Positions 10,678-20,738 are shown, counted from the first letter of the stretch. The stretch: 32,000 nt of DNA from Candidatus Hadarchaeota archaeon (GCA_964514965.1 CAZETV010000001.1:873063-905062); one strand, 5' to 3'. The notes: generated by a model not told the origin, from the sequence alone. A program made the numbers and translations.

Positions 10678-11150
10678 GGAACCTGGTAGCCGAAGGAGTC
10701 TGGGTGGCTTTGGCGGCTGGTCTGGCGATAGCGATTCCAGGGATAATCTCTGGCCTGGGCGTGGGTATAGCAGGCGTTGCTGCTGCTGCGGTGGCGAGCG
10801 AGGATCCGAAGAAAGCTTACAAGGCATTCGTATTCGAAGTGTTGCCTGGGACGCAAGGGATTTATGGCTTCGTTGCTGGCTTTTTGATTATAATCGGCGC
10901 AGGACTATCGGCGGGTGCTGAGGTAACAGTTCCGGTTGGTCTGGCGGTGTTGGCCGCGGCTGTTCCTGCTATCCTTCAGGGATTCACCGCTTATCCACAA
11001 GGATTAGTTGCATCTGCGAGTATTACAGCGTTCGCCAAGAGACCAGAGGTATTCGCCCCCGGTCTAATGTACACAGTAATGGTCGAGCTCTATGCCATAT
11101 TGGGGCTCTTAGCGACGATTCTAATGTTGACGTTTATAGGTGCACTGTAG
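10674..11150 (+). CDS. atpK: A/V-type ATP synthase subunit K (c-type ring subunit, duplicated hairpin, 4 TM)
   Basis: Two tandem c-type hairpins: GLGVGIAGVAAAAVASEDP...LPGTQGIYGF and YPQGLVASASITAFAKRPE...VMVELYAILGLL. Confidence 0.93.
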   Translation: MRNLVAEGVWVALAAGLAIAIPGIISGLGVGIAGVAAAAVASEDPKKAYKAFVFEVLPGTQGIYGFVAGFLIIIGAGLSAGAEVTVPVGLAVLAAAVPAILQGFTAYPQGLVASASITAFAKRPEVFAPGLMYTVMVELYAILGLLATILMLTFIGAL

Positions 11151-11161
11151 GGGGAAATATT

Positions 11162-11791
11162 TTGCCAGCTGAGAAAGGCGCCAAGCTGATAATCGATGAC
11201 ATCGTAAAAGAGGCGAAAAAGAAGGCAGCTGAGGTAATCCAAGAAGCGAAGCGAGAGGCGGCCACGATGCTTGACGCTGCCCGCCTAGGTGCCAAAGAGG
11301 AGGGGGAGCACAAATTGAAGGAGGCTCGCGCTCGCGGCAAACAAGTTTATGAGGAAGTCATGGCCGAGGGCAGGATGAAGGCGAAGAAAGAAATGCTCCA
11401 AAAAAAGGAGGGGCTCATCGGTGAAGTTTTTAGAGAGGTTGAGGAGAAACTCCGCGCGCATGTTGCTTCCAAGGGATATAAAGAGGATATCGCTCGAATC
11501 GCTTTGAACGCTTGTAGAAAGCTCGGCTCCGAAGATGTGATAGTTAGGGCGAATCGGCAGGACCTGAAACTCATTGAGTCATTTAAAGGACAAATGGCGC
11601 GAGAGCTGAGCGACGGTGGAAAAATCGTGAAAATCTCGTTCGGTGAGCCGATTCAGGTCATTGGCGGTGTGAAGGTAGGGTCAAACGATGGCAAGGTAGA
11701 GATAGATGAGACTTTCGAGGGCAGGATGCGTAGGGAGTTCGAGGTGTTTAGAGTAAAGATCGCAAAGGTTCTCTTCGAAGGGTCTGGATGA
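11162..11791 (+). CDS. atpE: A/V-type ATP synthase subunit E
   Basis: Coiled-coil N-terminus, ADGGKIVKISFGEPIQVIGGVKV...GKVEIDETFEGRMRR-like C-terminus, position in operon. Confidence 0.85.
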   Translation: MPAEKGAKLIIDDIVKEAKKKAAEVIQEAKREAATMLDAARLGAKEEGEHKLKEARARGKQVYEEVMAEGRMKAKKEMLQKKEGLIGEVFREVEEKLRAHVASKGYKEDIARIALNACRKLGSEDVIVRANRQDLKLIESFKGQMARELSDGGKIVKISFGEPIQVIGGVKVGSNDGKVEIDETFEGRMRREFEVFRVKIAKVLFEGSG

Positions 11792-12921
11792 TCGAAGTAC
11801 TAGTAATCATTTTTGGGATGATAGGCTTCTTTTTTGCGTTAGTGATTTTTCACGCAAGGCGCTCGATGGCATACATCTACTGCAGCGCAACGATCAGCGC
11901 TTGGGAAGCGAAGCTGTTCCCGGAGGCGCGTCTGAGGGAGTTGGCTGATGCTCCGGGAGTAGTGAATATTTTCGCGGCTCTCGACGATACGGAATACCGT
12001 CAGCAGTTAGCGGGGGTTCGGAGGGAAGGAGAGTTGGAAATGGTTGAAGTGGAGAACGCCCTCAGGGACAATTCTAACTCACGCTATCTTGAGATTCTAA
12101 AGATGGTGCCGAAGGAGCGGAAAGAAACGGTCAGGAAGGTACTTCAGCGGGCAGAAGTTTGGGATCTCAAGGCAATCGTTACGGCGATTCATAACAAAAC
12201 ACCCAAGGATGAGAGACTCAAAGAGCTCATGCCCTCGCCAACGATGCCGCGCGAGAGGCTCGAGATGCTCGGCTCTGCCGAAAACTTTGAGCAACTGCTC
12301 GAATTTCTGAAGGAAAGCGAGTATTTCAGCGTGCTCTCGGAGGCGTTGGGGGAGTACGAAGAGCGCGGACTCATCCATTTGCTTTCCGCATTCGACAGGT
12401 ATTACTACACCAGCCTGTGGAGGGAGGTGCTGCGGGTGAAGACGCAGCGTTCGATTCTCGAGTCGCTGGTGGGTTGCGAGATAGATATCGTGAACCTCAA
12501 GCTTATTCTGCGGCTGAAGCGGGAGGGGGTAAATTCAGAGGAAATTGACAGGTACCTCATCCGACCTTCCTATATGCTAACGGAGGGGATGCTTAGAGCC
12601 ATGGTAGTCGTCGAAGACCTTCGATCTGCCGTGGATGCGGTCGCCCGTACTCCCTACGGCAAAATTTTACTTGAGGTCCTCCCGCAAATCGAGGCTCAAG
12701 GGATTTTCGTGGTAGAGCGGGCCTTGGAAGAAATGCAGCTGAAGGTATTCAGGTGGCTGGCGATCACCAAGCTCTTCAGCATAGCTCCCGTGATCTCGTA
12801 TATCCGTCTGAAGGAAAATGAGATGAAAAATTTGTGGACGATAATAAAGCTCAAGGTGGATAAGGTCGGACCCCAAAAAATAAAGGAAACAATAGTGAAG
12901 GTGCCAAAAATTGAGTTTTAA
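11788..12921 (+). CDS. atpC: A/V-type ATP synthase subunit C
   Basis: 377-aa helical protein between E and F; DIVNLKLILRLKREGV; LKENEMKNLWTIIKLKV C-terminus. Confidence 0.9.
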   Translation: MIEVLVIIFGMIGFFFALVIFHARRSMAYIYCSATISAWEAKLFPEARLRELADAPGVVNIFAALDDTEYRQQLAGVRREGELEMVEVENALRDNSNSRYLEILKMVPKERKETVRKVLQRAEVWDLKAIVTAIHNKTPKDERLKELMPSPTMPRERLEMLGSAENFEQLLEFLKESEYFSVLSEALGEYEERGLIHLLSAFDRYYYTSLWREVLRVKTQRSILESLVGCEIDIVNLKLILRLKREGVNSEEIDRYLIRPSYMLTEGMLRAMVVVEDLRSAVDAVARTPYGKILLEVLPQIEAQGIFVVERALEEMQLKVFRWLAITKLFSIAPVISYIRLKENEMKNLWTIIKLKVDKVGPQKIKETIVKVPKIEF

Positions 12922-13249
12922 AATAGCTGTAGTCGGGGATCAAGATACTGTGACGGGATTCGCTTTGGCAGGCGCGACCTATACCCACATTTTCAAGACG
13001 AAAGAAGAGACACTGGTCAAGCTGGGCGAATTTCTCGCCAGCGACGAAATTGGGCTCGTGCTGATAACCCACCGCATCGCGGAGAAGCTTGGTCCTGATT
13101 TCCGCCGCATGGTGCAGACGAAGCGATTGCTTCCCCTCGTGCTGAGAATCCCTGACAAGACGGGATATGCGCCTGAGGTCGATGAGTTGCGCGAGATAAT
13201 CAAGCGCACGGTTGGAGTCGAGATCATGATTAAGAAGGAGGGCGGGTAG
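12911..13249 (+). CDS. atpF: A/V-type ATP synthase subunit F
   Basis: KIAVVGDQDTVTGFALAG...IGLVLITHRIAEKL...LPLVLRIPDKTG. Confidence 0.93.
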   Translation: MSFKIAVVGDQDTVTGFALAGATYTHIFKTKEETLVKLGEFLASDEIGLVLITHRIAEKLGPDFRRMVQTKRLLPLVLRIPDKTGYAPEVDELREIIKRTVGVEIMIKKEGG

Positions 13250-13888
13250 ATGGCGATGACCCTAGCAGTTTATCCAACTCGGATGGAGCTCCTGAAGTTG
13301 AGGCAAAGGAGGGACCTAGCGCAGAGGGGGCACGACCTACTCAAAGAGAAAATGGATGCACTTGTCATTGAGTTCTTTGATGTAGTAAAGCGAATCCAAG
13401 AAGCGAGGGCAAAGGCGCTAGAACAGCTTTCGGTAGCCCATCGCGCGCTATCGATGTGCTTCGCCACCATGGGGACGCTCGAGACTAAGCAAGCTTCCAA
13501 AGAGGCAAAACGGGAGCTTCAATTGGAAATTTCAACTCGCCACATAATGGGCATCGCGGTGCCGGCTATCGAAGTCGGAGAGGTTGAGCGTAACGCTTTG
13601 ATGAGAGGTTATAGCTTGCACATGACATCTTCAGTGCTCGATGAGGCGTCGAGGGAGTTCGAGCGAGCGCTCAAGCTACTGACAAATCTAGCTGAACTTG
13701 AGGGATCGGCGTTCGCTATTGCCAAGGAACTTGAGAAAACCAAGCGAAGGGTGAACGCACTAGAGTATATCTTGATTCCGAGATTAAATGAGGCCCTCAA
13801 ATTCATCATGATGAAGCTCGATGAGATGGAGCGGGAGAACTTTTCACGTCTGAAGCGGATAAAAGCGATGCTAGAGGAACGTGAGTGA
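13250..13888 (+). CDS. atpD: A/V-type ATP synthase subunit D
   Basis: PTRMELLKLRQRRDLAQRGHDLLKEKMDALV; KTKRRVNALEYILIPRLNEALKFI. Confidence 0.95.
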   Translation: MAMTLAVYPTRMELLKLRQRRDLAQRGHDLLKEKMDALVIEFFDVVKRIQEARAKALEQLSVAHRALSMCFATMGTLETKQASKEAKRELQLEISTRHIMGIAVPAIEVGEVERNALMRGYSLHMTSSVLDEASREFERALKLLTNLAELEGSAFAIAKELEKTKRRVNALEYILIPRLNEALKFIMMKLDEMERENFSRLKRIKAMLEERE

Positions 13889-14280
13889 GCGCGGATCGTC
13901 TGATAAAATTTGAGTTAAGCAAGCTAAACATGCATTTGCCCCAGAGGCGTCTTTCGTTAAAGGAGGCACTTTTGTCCGCGAAGCCTCAAGTCGTGACGCG
14001 TGATGGCGGCGTTCACAAGTTCAAGCGCGAAGAGCTCGAGTTCTTGGCTGGGCTTCTCCCCGAGATGGATAGGGATAAACTCCAACTGCCAATTCTAATC
14101 GCGCTGGAGCCGAAACTTGGTAGAGGGACTGCTAAGATAAGTGGAGATGCCGAGATAAAAGTTGTCAGTCGTGTTCTCGAAAAGGGGTCTGTTGTCGGGG
14201 AGCTGCTGATATATCGCCCTGAGGTGGCGATTCTGCGGAGAAAACTTCCCACGACCACGCAGTACCTTTTTATTTGGTGA
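13885..14280 (+). CDS. DUF61 / UPF0216-like protein
   Basis: LNMHLPQRRLSLKEALLSAKPQVVTRDGGVHKFKREELEFLAGLLP resembles archaeal DUF61 proteins; overlaps the subunit D stop. Confidence 0.6.
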   Translation: MSADRLIKFELSKLNMHLPQRRLSLKEALLSAKPQVVTRDGGVHKFKREELEFLAGLLPEMDRDKLQLPILIALEPKLGRGTAKISGDAEIKVVSRVLEKGSVVGELLIYRPEVAILRRKLPTTTQYLFIW

Positions 14281-14284
14281 TTAC

Positions 14285-14584
14285 ATGGACGCACGCAAGG
14301 GCGCTATCTTGATGGCCTTGTTTTACCCGTTCACGATAGCTACCATTGCAGCAGGCTTTTTGGCATTCGTGATGATCATGTTCAAGTTTGATATTCTTAT
14401 GATTTCAACTATAGTTCTGTGGTTTTACTTCGTGTGTGCGGCATCTATCTATTTCATCTCAGAGCAAGCGCTCAAGGTATTCGGGGTTCGCTGGCTTTTC
14501 TTAGGTTTTATAATTACTATCGGAATTCTCGCGAGTTTGTCGGCAGCCTTATTTGTTTTGAGGCAGTTCGGAACCTCAATTTAG
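14285..14584 (+). CDS. small hydrophobic protein, predicted 3 TM, unknown function
   Basis: Open frame in the operon direction after DUF61-like gene with GGTGA-type RBS; three hydrophobic stretches. Confidence 0.55.
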   Translation: MDARKGAILMALFYPFTIATIAAGFLAFVMIMFKFDILMISTIVLWFYFVCAASIYFISEQALKVFGVRWLFLGFIITIGILASLSAALFVLRQFGTSI

Positions 14585-16446
14585 CTGCTTGTTGCTTTTT
14601 CTTGTCCAATCATCACGATAGCGCTGACTATTCGGGCATAGGCGGGTCGAGTTACAAGCACGGCTATGAGCATCCCCAAGATTGTGATAATTGCGAACCC
14701 GCTCATCGCGCCAAAGCCAATCAAAGCGAGCATTACCATTGCCGCGATTGTTGTCGCAGCAGCTGCCCAGATCACCGCGAATGCTCGCGAGACCCTTCCC
14801 CTCAAGCTTGCCATCTTTGTTCCGGGCAAGCCACCCCGGAGTACCTCATCGGTTATGATAATTTGGTGGTCAATGCCGGTACCGATGACGATAATCAGAC
14901 CCCCAAGTTCTGGCAGTCCTATTGTCCAGCCAATCAAAGACGCTGCGCCGAGAGTGATGAGAAGTTCGCATATCATAGTTCCGATAATTGCAAGGCCGAT
15001 AAGCAGGTGTCGATATCGGAGGTAGACCAGAGCCCAGACACCCAGCAGGGCGGCTATCCCCGCGATGAGTGCCTGTTTCAGAAATTCAGCACCCAAGCGG
15101 GCCTCTATCGATGTTTTGCTTTCAATTGTGATTTCGACGGGCAAGCGCTCGGACAGCACCAGCCGTAAATTTTTGGCTTCATTCATTGCATCTTCCAAAG
15201 AGGCTCTGGTGATTGTGATAGTCAAATCGTTCAAACGTTTTCCTTCCGCGAAATCAGCAGCCAACCCGGATGTGATGGTTACCACACTTTTGAGTCCGCA
15301 TGCTTCTTCGACCCAGTCATCGACACTTTTAGTAGTGCCTTCTGCAGTTTGCCTAGGAATGAACTCAATAGTGTAGAACTTGGAGAGATTCTCAATGACA
15401 CTCGATGAGAAATCTGAGGGATCCCCTAATAGACGCACTTTAAGTTTTAAGCCTGCTTGATTCTCCAAAAATTCTTGTGCCTGTGGGGAAAGCTCATCCT
15501 CCGCAATCCTGATGGCCGGCACACCTAGGGAGTATTCAATTCCCTTATCTGTAGTCCCCTTGAACATTTTTTCGACAGAGTCATATTTGAGGACGGAAAG
15601 TTCGCCCAAAATTTCGTTGTCGAAGACTACTATGGCGTCAGTCGGACGATCAACATAGATCAATGTGGGATAGTTGGCTTTATTTGCGGCTGCGTTCATA
15701 AACCGCTCTGCGCCGTCATCGGTCAACCTGAAAGGTAGGTCGACGGTATTGGAACTATTGGGGCTGGGGTAAGGTGCGCTGACGCTCACGATATCCTCGC
15801 CGCGGAGCAGGACTTCGTCTTCAAAGAAAATTTCAAGTCGTCCCGGTTTGCCGAGAAGGGTTTCTGCTTCTCCGGGGAGCAGGCCAGGGATTTCGTAGAG
15901 AATCAGATTTGCCCCTAAAGATCTAAATTGTGCGCCCCGCAACCCAGTTGGGTCTACCCGCAATCCGAGTATAGAGATTACTTCATCGCGTGTTGTATCG
16001 CTTACTTTTTCCTCTATCATCGGTTTTCCTGTTTGAGGATCTATCGCTACATTACAGAAACCTTCGACAATTGTGTTGATCAGATTTTCAGTTATTGGTC
16101 TCCCGATCTCAGCTACAGCCACTCCTGTGGAAGAATCAAGGCTGATGGTATTGATGCTCACGTAAAGATTGTCTTCGAGCTTGGGTATTATTGTTCCCCA
16201 CCAATGGTTTTCCACGTTGTCTTGGATATTTTCGAATGTGACGTACGAAGCTTCGAGTGCGAGTATAATCCTAGAGCCACCTATGATATCCACCCCAAAA
16301 TGGAGACCACGTGTATACTGAGCTGGCCACCCCACCGCGGTTTCCGCTTTTGAATCAACCGCTTTCCAAGGGCTCCAAACCAGCAAGGTACACAAGAAAA
16401 CTGTGAATAGCAACAGTGCGATGCGGCGTTCTCTAAATACTGACAT
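14581..16446 (-). CDS. secD: protein-export membrane protein SecD, archaeal
   Basis: RGLHFGVDIIGGSRIILALE; C-terminal RND-like TM bundle GTGIDHQIIITDEVLRG...RAFAVIWAAAATTIAAM. Confidence 0.93.
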   Translation of the reverse strand: MSVFRERRIALLLFTVFLCTLLVWSPWKAVDSKAETAVGWPAQYTRGLHFGVDIIGGSRIILALEASYVTFENIQDNVENHWWGTIIPKLEDNLYVSINTISLDSSTGVAVAEIGRPITENLINTIVEGFCNVAIDPQTGKPMIEEKVSDTTRDEVISILGLRVDPTGLRGAQFRSLGANLILYEIPGLLPGEAETLLGKPGRLEIFFEDEVLLRGEDIVSVSAPYPSPNSSNTVDLPFRLTDDGAERFMNAAANKANYPTLIYVDRPTDAIVVFDNEILGELSVLKYDSVEKMFKGTTDKGIEYSLGVPAIRIAEDELSPQAQEFLENQAGLKLKVRLLGDPSDFSSSVIENLSKFYTIEFIPRQTAEGTTKSVDDWVEEACGLKSVVTITSGLAADFAEGKRLNDLTITITRASLEDAMNEAKNLRLVLSERLPVEITIESKTSIEARLGAEFLKQALIAGIAALLGVWALVYLRYRHLLIGLAIIGTMICELLITLGAASLIGWTIGLPELGGLIIVIGTGIDHQIIITDEVLRGGLPGTKMASLRGRVSRAFAVIWAAAATTIAAMVMLALIGFGAMSGFAIITILGMLIAVLVTRPAYARIVSAIVMIGQEKATSS

Positions 16447-17305
16447 GGTATTCCTTCCTCCTCTGTCGTTCTGCATGCCGCATAATGATTGCAGCGTTTA
16501 AGAACCAAGTGTTAAAAATGTCAATTATTATTCCAAAGATTATCACGGCTGTTAACTGGTAAAGCTGGGGGGCTGTCGTTAGAATGTTGATGGCGAAGAG
16601 AGGGGTAAGTGTGCTGCCGCTCATCATCAAGCCCGTGCGCATCGCATCGACCACCTGCTCCTTGGGTTCGCCCCCGACCCGCTTGAGCACTCGGGTGGTG
16701 AGCAGGATGTTTGTGTCAACGGCGTATCCGATGAGCATCAGCAGACCTGCTACCGACGCCAGGCTGAGTTCGACACGGAACAGCGCCATACATCCGAAGA
16801 CCCCCAGCAAGTCGAGCCCTACGGCGAGCAAGATTGCCCCCACCGTGACGCGGTGCCGGAAGGCGATGAAGATGATGACGCCCATCGCGATGAAGGCGCC
16901 GACCATAGCTCTTACGGCCTGCTCAGAATAGATGCTGGTGATGGTCGCTCCTCTCACCTCCACGGTGACGGAGTTCTCAGGGATGCCAAATCGGGATAAA
17001 AGCATGCTTTTAATGAGGAGAGTTTCGTTTTCATTCAGTACGTTGCCGATCCCTATATCGAGACCATTTTCAACGATGTCAACATTAGCATTGTAGCCAG
17101 TTAGATTTTCAACGGAGATTTCAACAGCGCTAGCATCAGGGACATTTTCTACCCCCTGCACTCTTATTAAAGCACTTTCCCTGAAATCAGTACTGAATGG
17201 GACACTGAGCACTAACATGGAAATAGTCAGAACCGCAATCAGGGCTAGCGGAATCGCAGCTAATTGGCGGTTGCTTAAGTGCTTCTGAGGCCAAGCGAAT
17301 TTCAT
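16433..17305 (-). CDS. secF: protein-export membrane protein SecF, archaeal
   Basis: VPFSTDFRESALIRVQG; LLMLIGYAVDTNILLTTRVLKR; DAMRTGLMMSGSTLTPLFAI; upstream of secD on the same strand. Confidence 0.92.
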   Translation of the reverse strand: MKFAWPQKHLSNRQLAAIPLALIAVLTISMLVLSVPFSTDFRESALIRVQGVENVPDASAVEISVENLTGYNANVDIVENGLDIGIGNVLNENETLLIKSMLLSRFGIPENSVTVEVRGATITSIYSEQAVRAMVGAFIAMGVIIFIAFRHRVTVGAILLAVGLDLLGVFGCMALFRVELSLASVAGLLMLIGYAVDTNILLTTRVLKRVGGEPKEQVVDAMRTGLMMSGSTLTPLFAINILTTAPQLYQLTAVIIFGIIIDIFNTWFLNAAIIMRHAERQRRKEYHVSI

Positions 17306-17361
17306 CGTTAACCCTCTTGTTATTTTTAGTAGAGGATAAATAACTTGACGAGGTCGGACGA

Positions 17362-18117
17362 ATGATAGAGGAAAACGAGCAAATCATCCTCATCGACGAG
17401 CGAGGCAGAAAATATCTTGTCAAAGCCGAGCGAAAACATCTCCACACGGATCTGGGGGTTATTGATTTGAGCGAAGCTATCAAACAAGAACCAGGAGCGA
17501 GGTTAAAATCTCATGTTGGCAAAGAATTCATTCTTCTGCGCCCGCGCATCGTTGATTACCTCCAGAAGCTCCGTCGCGTTCCCCAGATAATGCTGCCCAA
17601 AGATGCCGCACAGATCGTCGCGTATACCGGCGTGGGACCGGGAGATTTCGTCGTCGATGCAGGTGCGGGGTCTGGTGCACTGGCGATTTTTCTCGGCAAC
17701 CTTGTTCGACCCAACGGACGTGTGGTGAGCTATGAGGTGCGGGAGGATTTCGCGTGCGTGGCGGAAGAGAACATCAACATGGCAGGGCTCGGCGATATTG
17801 TGACGGTGAAGCTGAAAGATATCTATGAAGGAATTGACGAGCTTGATGTTGACTTGTTGACGCTTGACCTCCCCCAGCCCGAGCGAGTTTTGCCGCACGC
17901 GGAACGAGTCCTTAAACCTGGTGGGCACCTTGTGACATTTGCTCCCTGCGTTGAACATTTACAACGCCTCTATCGGGAGCTACCAAATTACCGCTTCGTA
18001 CACTACAAGACTATCGAGTGTCTTGTTCGGGAATTCGAGGTCAAACCGAGTTGCACCCGCCCCAAGACGCGGATGATTGCACACACAGGCTATTTAACAT
18101 TCGCACGGCGCACGTAA
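17362..18117 (+). CDS. trmI: tRNA (adenine-N1) methyltransferase TrmI-like (m1A57/58)
   Basis: LLRPRIVDYLQKLRRVPQIMLPKDAAQIVAYTGVGPGDFVVDAGAGSGALAIFL; LDLPQPERVLPHAERVLKPGGHLVTFAPCVEH. Confidence 0.88.
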   Translation: MIEENEQIILIDERGRKYLVKAERKHLHTDLGVIDLSEAIKQEPGARLKSHVGKEFILLRPRIVDYLQKLRRVPQIMLPKDAAQIVAYTGVGPGDFVVDAGAGSGALAIFLGNLVRPNGRVVSYEVREDFACVAEENINMAGLGDIVTVKLKDIYEGIDELDVDLLTLDLPQPERVLPHAERVLKPGGHLVTFAPCVEHLQRLYRELPNYRFVHYKTIECLVREFEVKPSCTRPKTRMIAHTGYLTFARRT

Positions 18118-18127
18118 CAAACAGTTT

Positions 18128-18526
18128 TTAAGACTTTATTAAGCGTCCTTTGAATCCGTAATAAATGACACCGTCTTGGCTCTCCTCGCCCATCCGCCTG
18201 AAGACTATTTCAACCTCATCGCCCATCTTGATCTCATCTATGTTGCAGTCGGTGATCTGCGCAGTCAAGCGTGGCCCATCTTCGAGTTCGATGATTGCGA
18301 GCACGTAGGGCACTTGATCTTCAAAACCTTCTGCAGCAACGTGTATCACCGTGTAAGAGAGAACCTTGCCTTGGCGTTTGAGCCGGTAAGGTTCGAGCTT
18401 ACCCATCCTCCTGCAGAAGGGGCAGATTGAGCGGGGCGGAAATAAGATTTTGTTGCAATTTCCGCAGCGTGCCCCTATGAGGTTATATCGGTTTGGTATC
18501 TCTCTCCAGAAACGCGGAACGGCCAT
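18128..18526 (-). CDS. DUF35-type OB-fold protein with rubredoxin-like Zn ribbon, partner of thiolase/HMG-CoA synthase
   Basis: FWREIPNRYNLIGARCGNCNKILFPPRSICPFC zinc ribbon followed by OB-fold; directly downstream of thiolase. Confidence 0.88.
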   Translation of the reverse strand: MAVPRFWREIPNRYNLIGARCGNCNKILFPPRSICPFCRRMGKLEPYRLKRQGKVLSYTVIHVAAEGFEDQVPYVLAIIELEDGPRLTAQITDCNIDEIKMGDEVEIVFRRMGEESQDGVIYYGFKGRLIKS

Positions 18527-18527
18527 A

Positions 18528-19691
18528 TTAGTCACCTCGCCTAAACACATGCACCACCGCAGTTCCTCCCGAGCCACCGACATTGTGTGCTAACCCAATC
18601 TCCGCTCCATCGACTTGGCGCTTGCCCGCCTCGCTTCTAAGCTGTTGCGTGATTTCCACGGCTTGAGCGATGCCAGTAGCGCCCACGGGGTGCCCCTTAC
18701 CCTTGAGCCCGCCACTCGTGTTTACAGGGATTCGTCCACCTATCGCGGTCTCGCCCTGCTCGGTCACTTTGCCACCTTCACCTTTCTTGCAAAACCCTAG
18801 ATCCTCGATTGCCATGAGTTCGGCTATTGTGAAGCAGTCGTGAACCTCTGCTAGATCGATGTTATTCGGCTTGACACCAGCCATTTTGTACGCTGTTCGT
18901 GCAGCTTCAATGGCAGCTTGTAGACTCGTGAGAGATGTACGGCTGTGGAGCGAGATAGTATCACTCGCTTGGCCGGTACCAACTACCAAGATTGGGGTAT
19001 CTGTGAGTTTTCGCGCCTTCTCCGCGGAGGCGAGGATTACGCAGGCAGCGCCGTCGGTAATCGGGGAGCAATCGAGCAATTTCAGGGGCAGGGTAACGGG
19101 TGGAGACTTCATCACGTCATCGACTGTTACCTCCATCTGATATTGCGCGCAGGTGTTGAAACACGCGTTGTGGTGATTTTTTACAGCCACTGCCGCCATT
19201 TGTTCTTCTGTGGTTCCAAATTCGTACATGTGGCGGCGAGCCATCAGCGCATAGAGACCTGGGAAGGTGGCACCTACGAATACCTCCCATTCTTGGTCAG
19301 CTGCTGTCGCAAGTGCTCCGGTGGCTGCCCCTGTGAGAACATCAGTCATTTTCTCTATGCCAGCCGCGACGACGATATCGTGGAGGCCCGAGCCAACGTC
19401 GATTACCGCTTGGCGGAGTGCAAGTCCGCCTGACGCGCAGGCTCCCTCGACGCGCGTGGATGGGAGGGGTACAAGTCCAGCGTGGTCTGCGACAATTGAG
19501 GAAATATGTTCTTGGCGGATGAACTGACCAGAGGACATGTTTCCCACGTAAATCGCGCCTATCTGTTTTCCGTCGATTCCAGCATCCTCAATCGCACGAG
19601 CACCTGCTTCCATCATCATCTCTCTAAAAGAGACATCCCAGAGTTCGCCGAACTTCGTCAGTCCAACGCCTATTACTGCAACATCGCGCAT
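18528..19691 (-). CDS. acetyl-CoA C-acetyltransferase (archaeal thiolase, mevalonate entry)
   Basis: [16 protein letters not shown] active-site Cys; [36 protein letters not shown]-type motif; [16 protein letters not shown]. Confidence 0.9.
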   Translation of the reverse strand: MRDVAVIGVGLTKFGELWDVSFREMMMEAGARAIEDAGIDGKQIGAIYVGNMSSGQFIRQEHISSIVADHAGLVPLPSTRVEGACASGGLALRQAVIDVGSGLHDIVVAAGIEKMTDVLTGAATGALATAADQEWEVFVGATFPGLYALMARRHMYEFGTTEEQMAAVAVKNHHNACFNTCAQYQMEVTVDDVMKSPPVTLPLKLLDCSPITDGAACVILASAEKARKLTDTPILVVGTGQASDTISLHSRTSLTSLQAAIEAARTAYKMAGVKPNNIDLAEVHDCFTIAELMAIEDLGFCKKGEGGKVTEQGETAIGGRIPVNTSGGLKGKGHPVGATGIAQAVEITQQLRSEAGKRQVDGAEIGLAHNVGGSGGTAVVHVFRRGD

Positions 19692-20738
19692 CTACTTCAC
19701 CAGCAGTCTCCTGAATTTTGCGTAGGTGGCGTAGTCGATGTAAACCTTCCGATTCGAATAGTCGAGCACCTTGGGGGACGCATCACGTTTATCCTCAATA
19801 CCGTCGCTCACGAGGATGCTGAAGGCATCGCTTCCTGCACCCGATCCATACGAAACAGCGAGTATCCGCTCCTTGGGCTTGGCTTGGTCGAGGACAGCGG
19901 CTAGGCCTATCATGGTTGATCCCGAGTAGGTGTTGCCTATTATAGGTGTCAGCAAGCCCGGTTTTACTTGCTCCCTCGAGAATCCCAAATCCGTGGCAGC
20001 ATGCAAGGGGAATTTTCCATTTGGCTGGTGGAAAACTGCGTAGGCGAAATCTTTGGGAGTGAGCTGAAGTTGTCGGAGCAGACCGTTAGCCGCGGAGAGC
20101 ACGTGTTTATAGTAAGCGGGCTTTCCAGTGAACCGCCCTCCGTGTTTGGGGTAAGGTCGCATATCCCGACGCCAGAAGTCGGGCGTATCAGTGGTGTAGG
20201 AGTAGGTACCTTCGATCTTTGCTATGGTCTTGCTTCCGTTCTTGCCCACAATGAAGGCGCCCCCTCCAGCTGCAGCGGTGTACTCGAGGCTATCTCCAGG
20301 GGCCCCTTGAGCTGTATCAGACCCGATTGCCATACCATATTTTATCATGCCAGCTTCAACTGCCCCCATACAGGTCTGAATCCCGGCTGTGCCCGCTTTG
20401 CACGCGAATTCGTAGTCGGCGGCTGTGAGGTCTGGGGTTGCTTCTATAGCTTCTGCTACAATCGTGGCCGTTGGTTTAACTGCGTAAGGATGGGACTCTG
20501 AGCCGATGTAGATTGCGCCTATATCTTGAGGGTCAATGTCCGCCTGCTTCACGGCGTTGCGCGCGGCTTCGACTGCTATGGTGGCGGTATCTTCATCAGG
20601 TCCAGGGACGGATTTTTCCCCGACCAAAAGCCCATGCTTAACGCGCTCGGGATTTTCCCCCCAGACTTTTGCTATCTCTTCTACCCGTATACGGTACCTA
20701 GGAATGTAAACGCCGTAACCGACTATGCCAACGTCCAT
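19692..20738 (-). CDS. hydroxymethylglutaryl-CoA synthase, archaeal type
   Basis: [15 protein letters not shown]; [12 protein letters not shown]; [25 protein letters not shown]; [19 protein letters not shown]. Confidence 0.93.
   Translation of the reverse strand: MDVGIVGYGVYIPRYRIRVEEIAKVWGENPERVKHGLLVGEKSVPGPDEDTATIAVEAARNAVKQADIDPQDIGAIYIGSESHPYAVKPTATIVAEAIEATPDLTAADYEFACKAGTAGIQTCMGAVEAGMIKYGMAIGSDTAQGAPGDSLEYTAAAGGGAFIVGKNGSKTIAKIEGTYSYTTDTPDFWRRDMRPYPKHGGRFTGKPAYYKHVLSAANGLLRQLQLTPKDFAYAVFHQPNGKFPLHAATDLGFSREQVKPGLLTPIIGNTYSGSTMIGLAAVLDQAKPKERILAVSYGSGAGSDAFSILVSDGIEDKRDASPKVLDYSNRKVYIDYATYAKFRRLLVK

Noticed and set aside
14419-15168. 249-aa plus-strand ORF rich in Cys/His/Asp
   Set aside because: Entirely antisense to the well-supported secD; composition reflects the reverse complement of hydrophobic codons, not a metalloprotein.
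17503-17958. 151-aa minus-strand ORF
   Set aside because: Antisense to trmI; no supporting motif.
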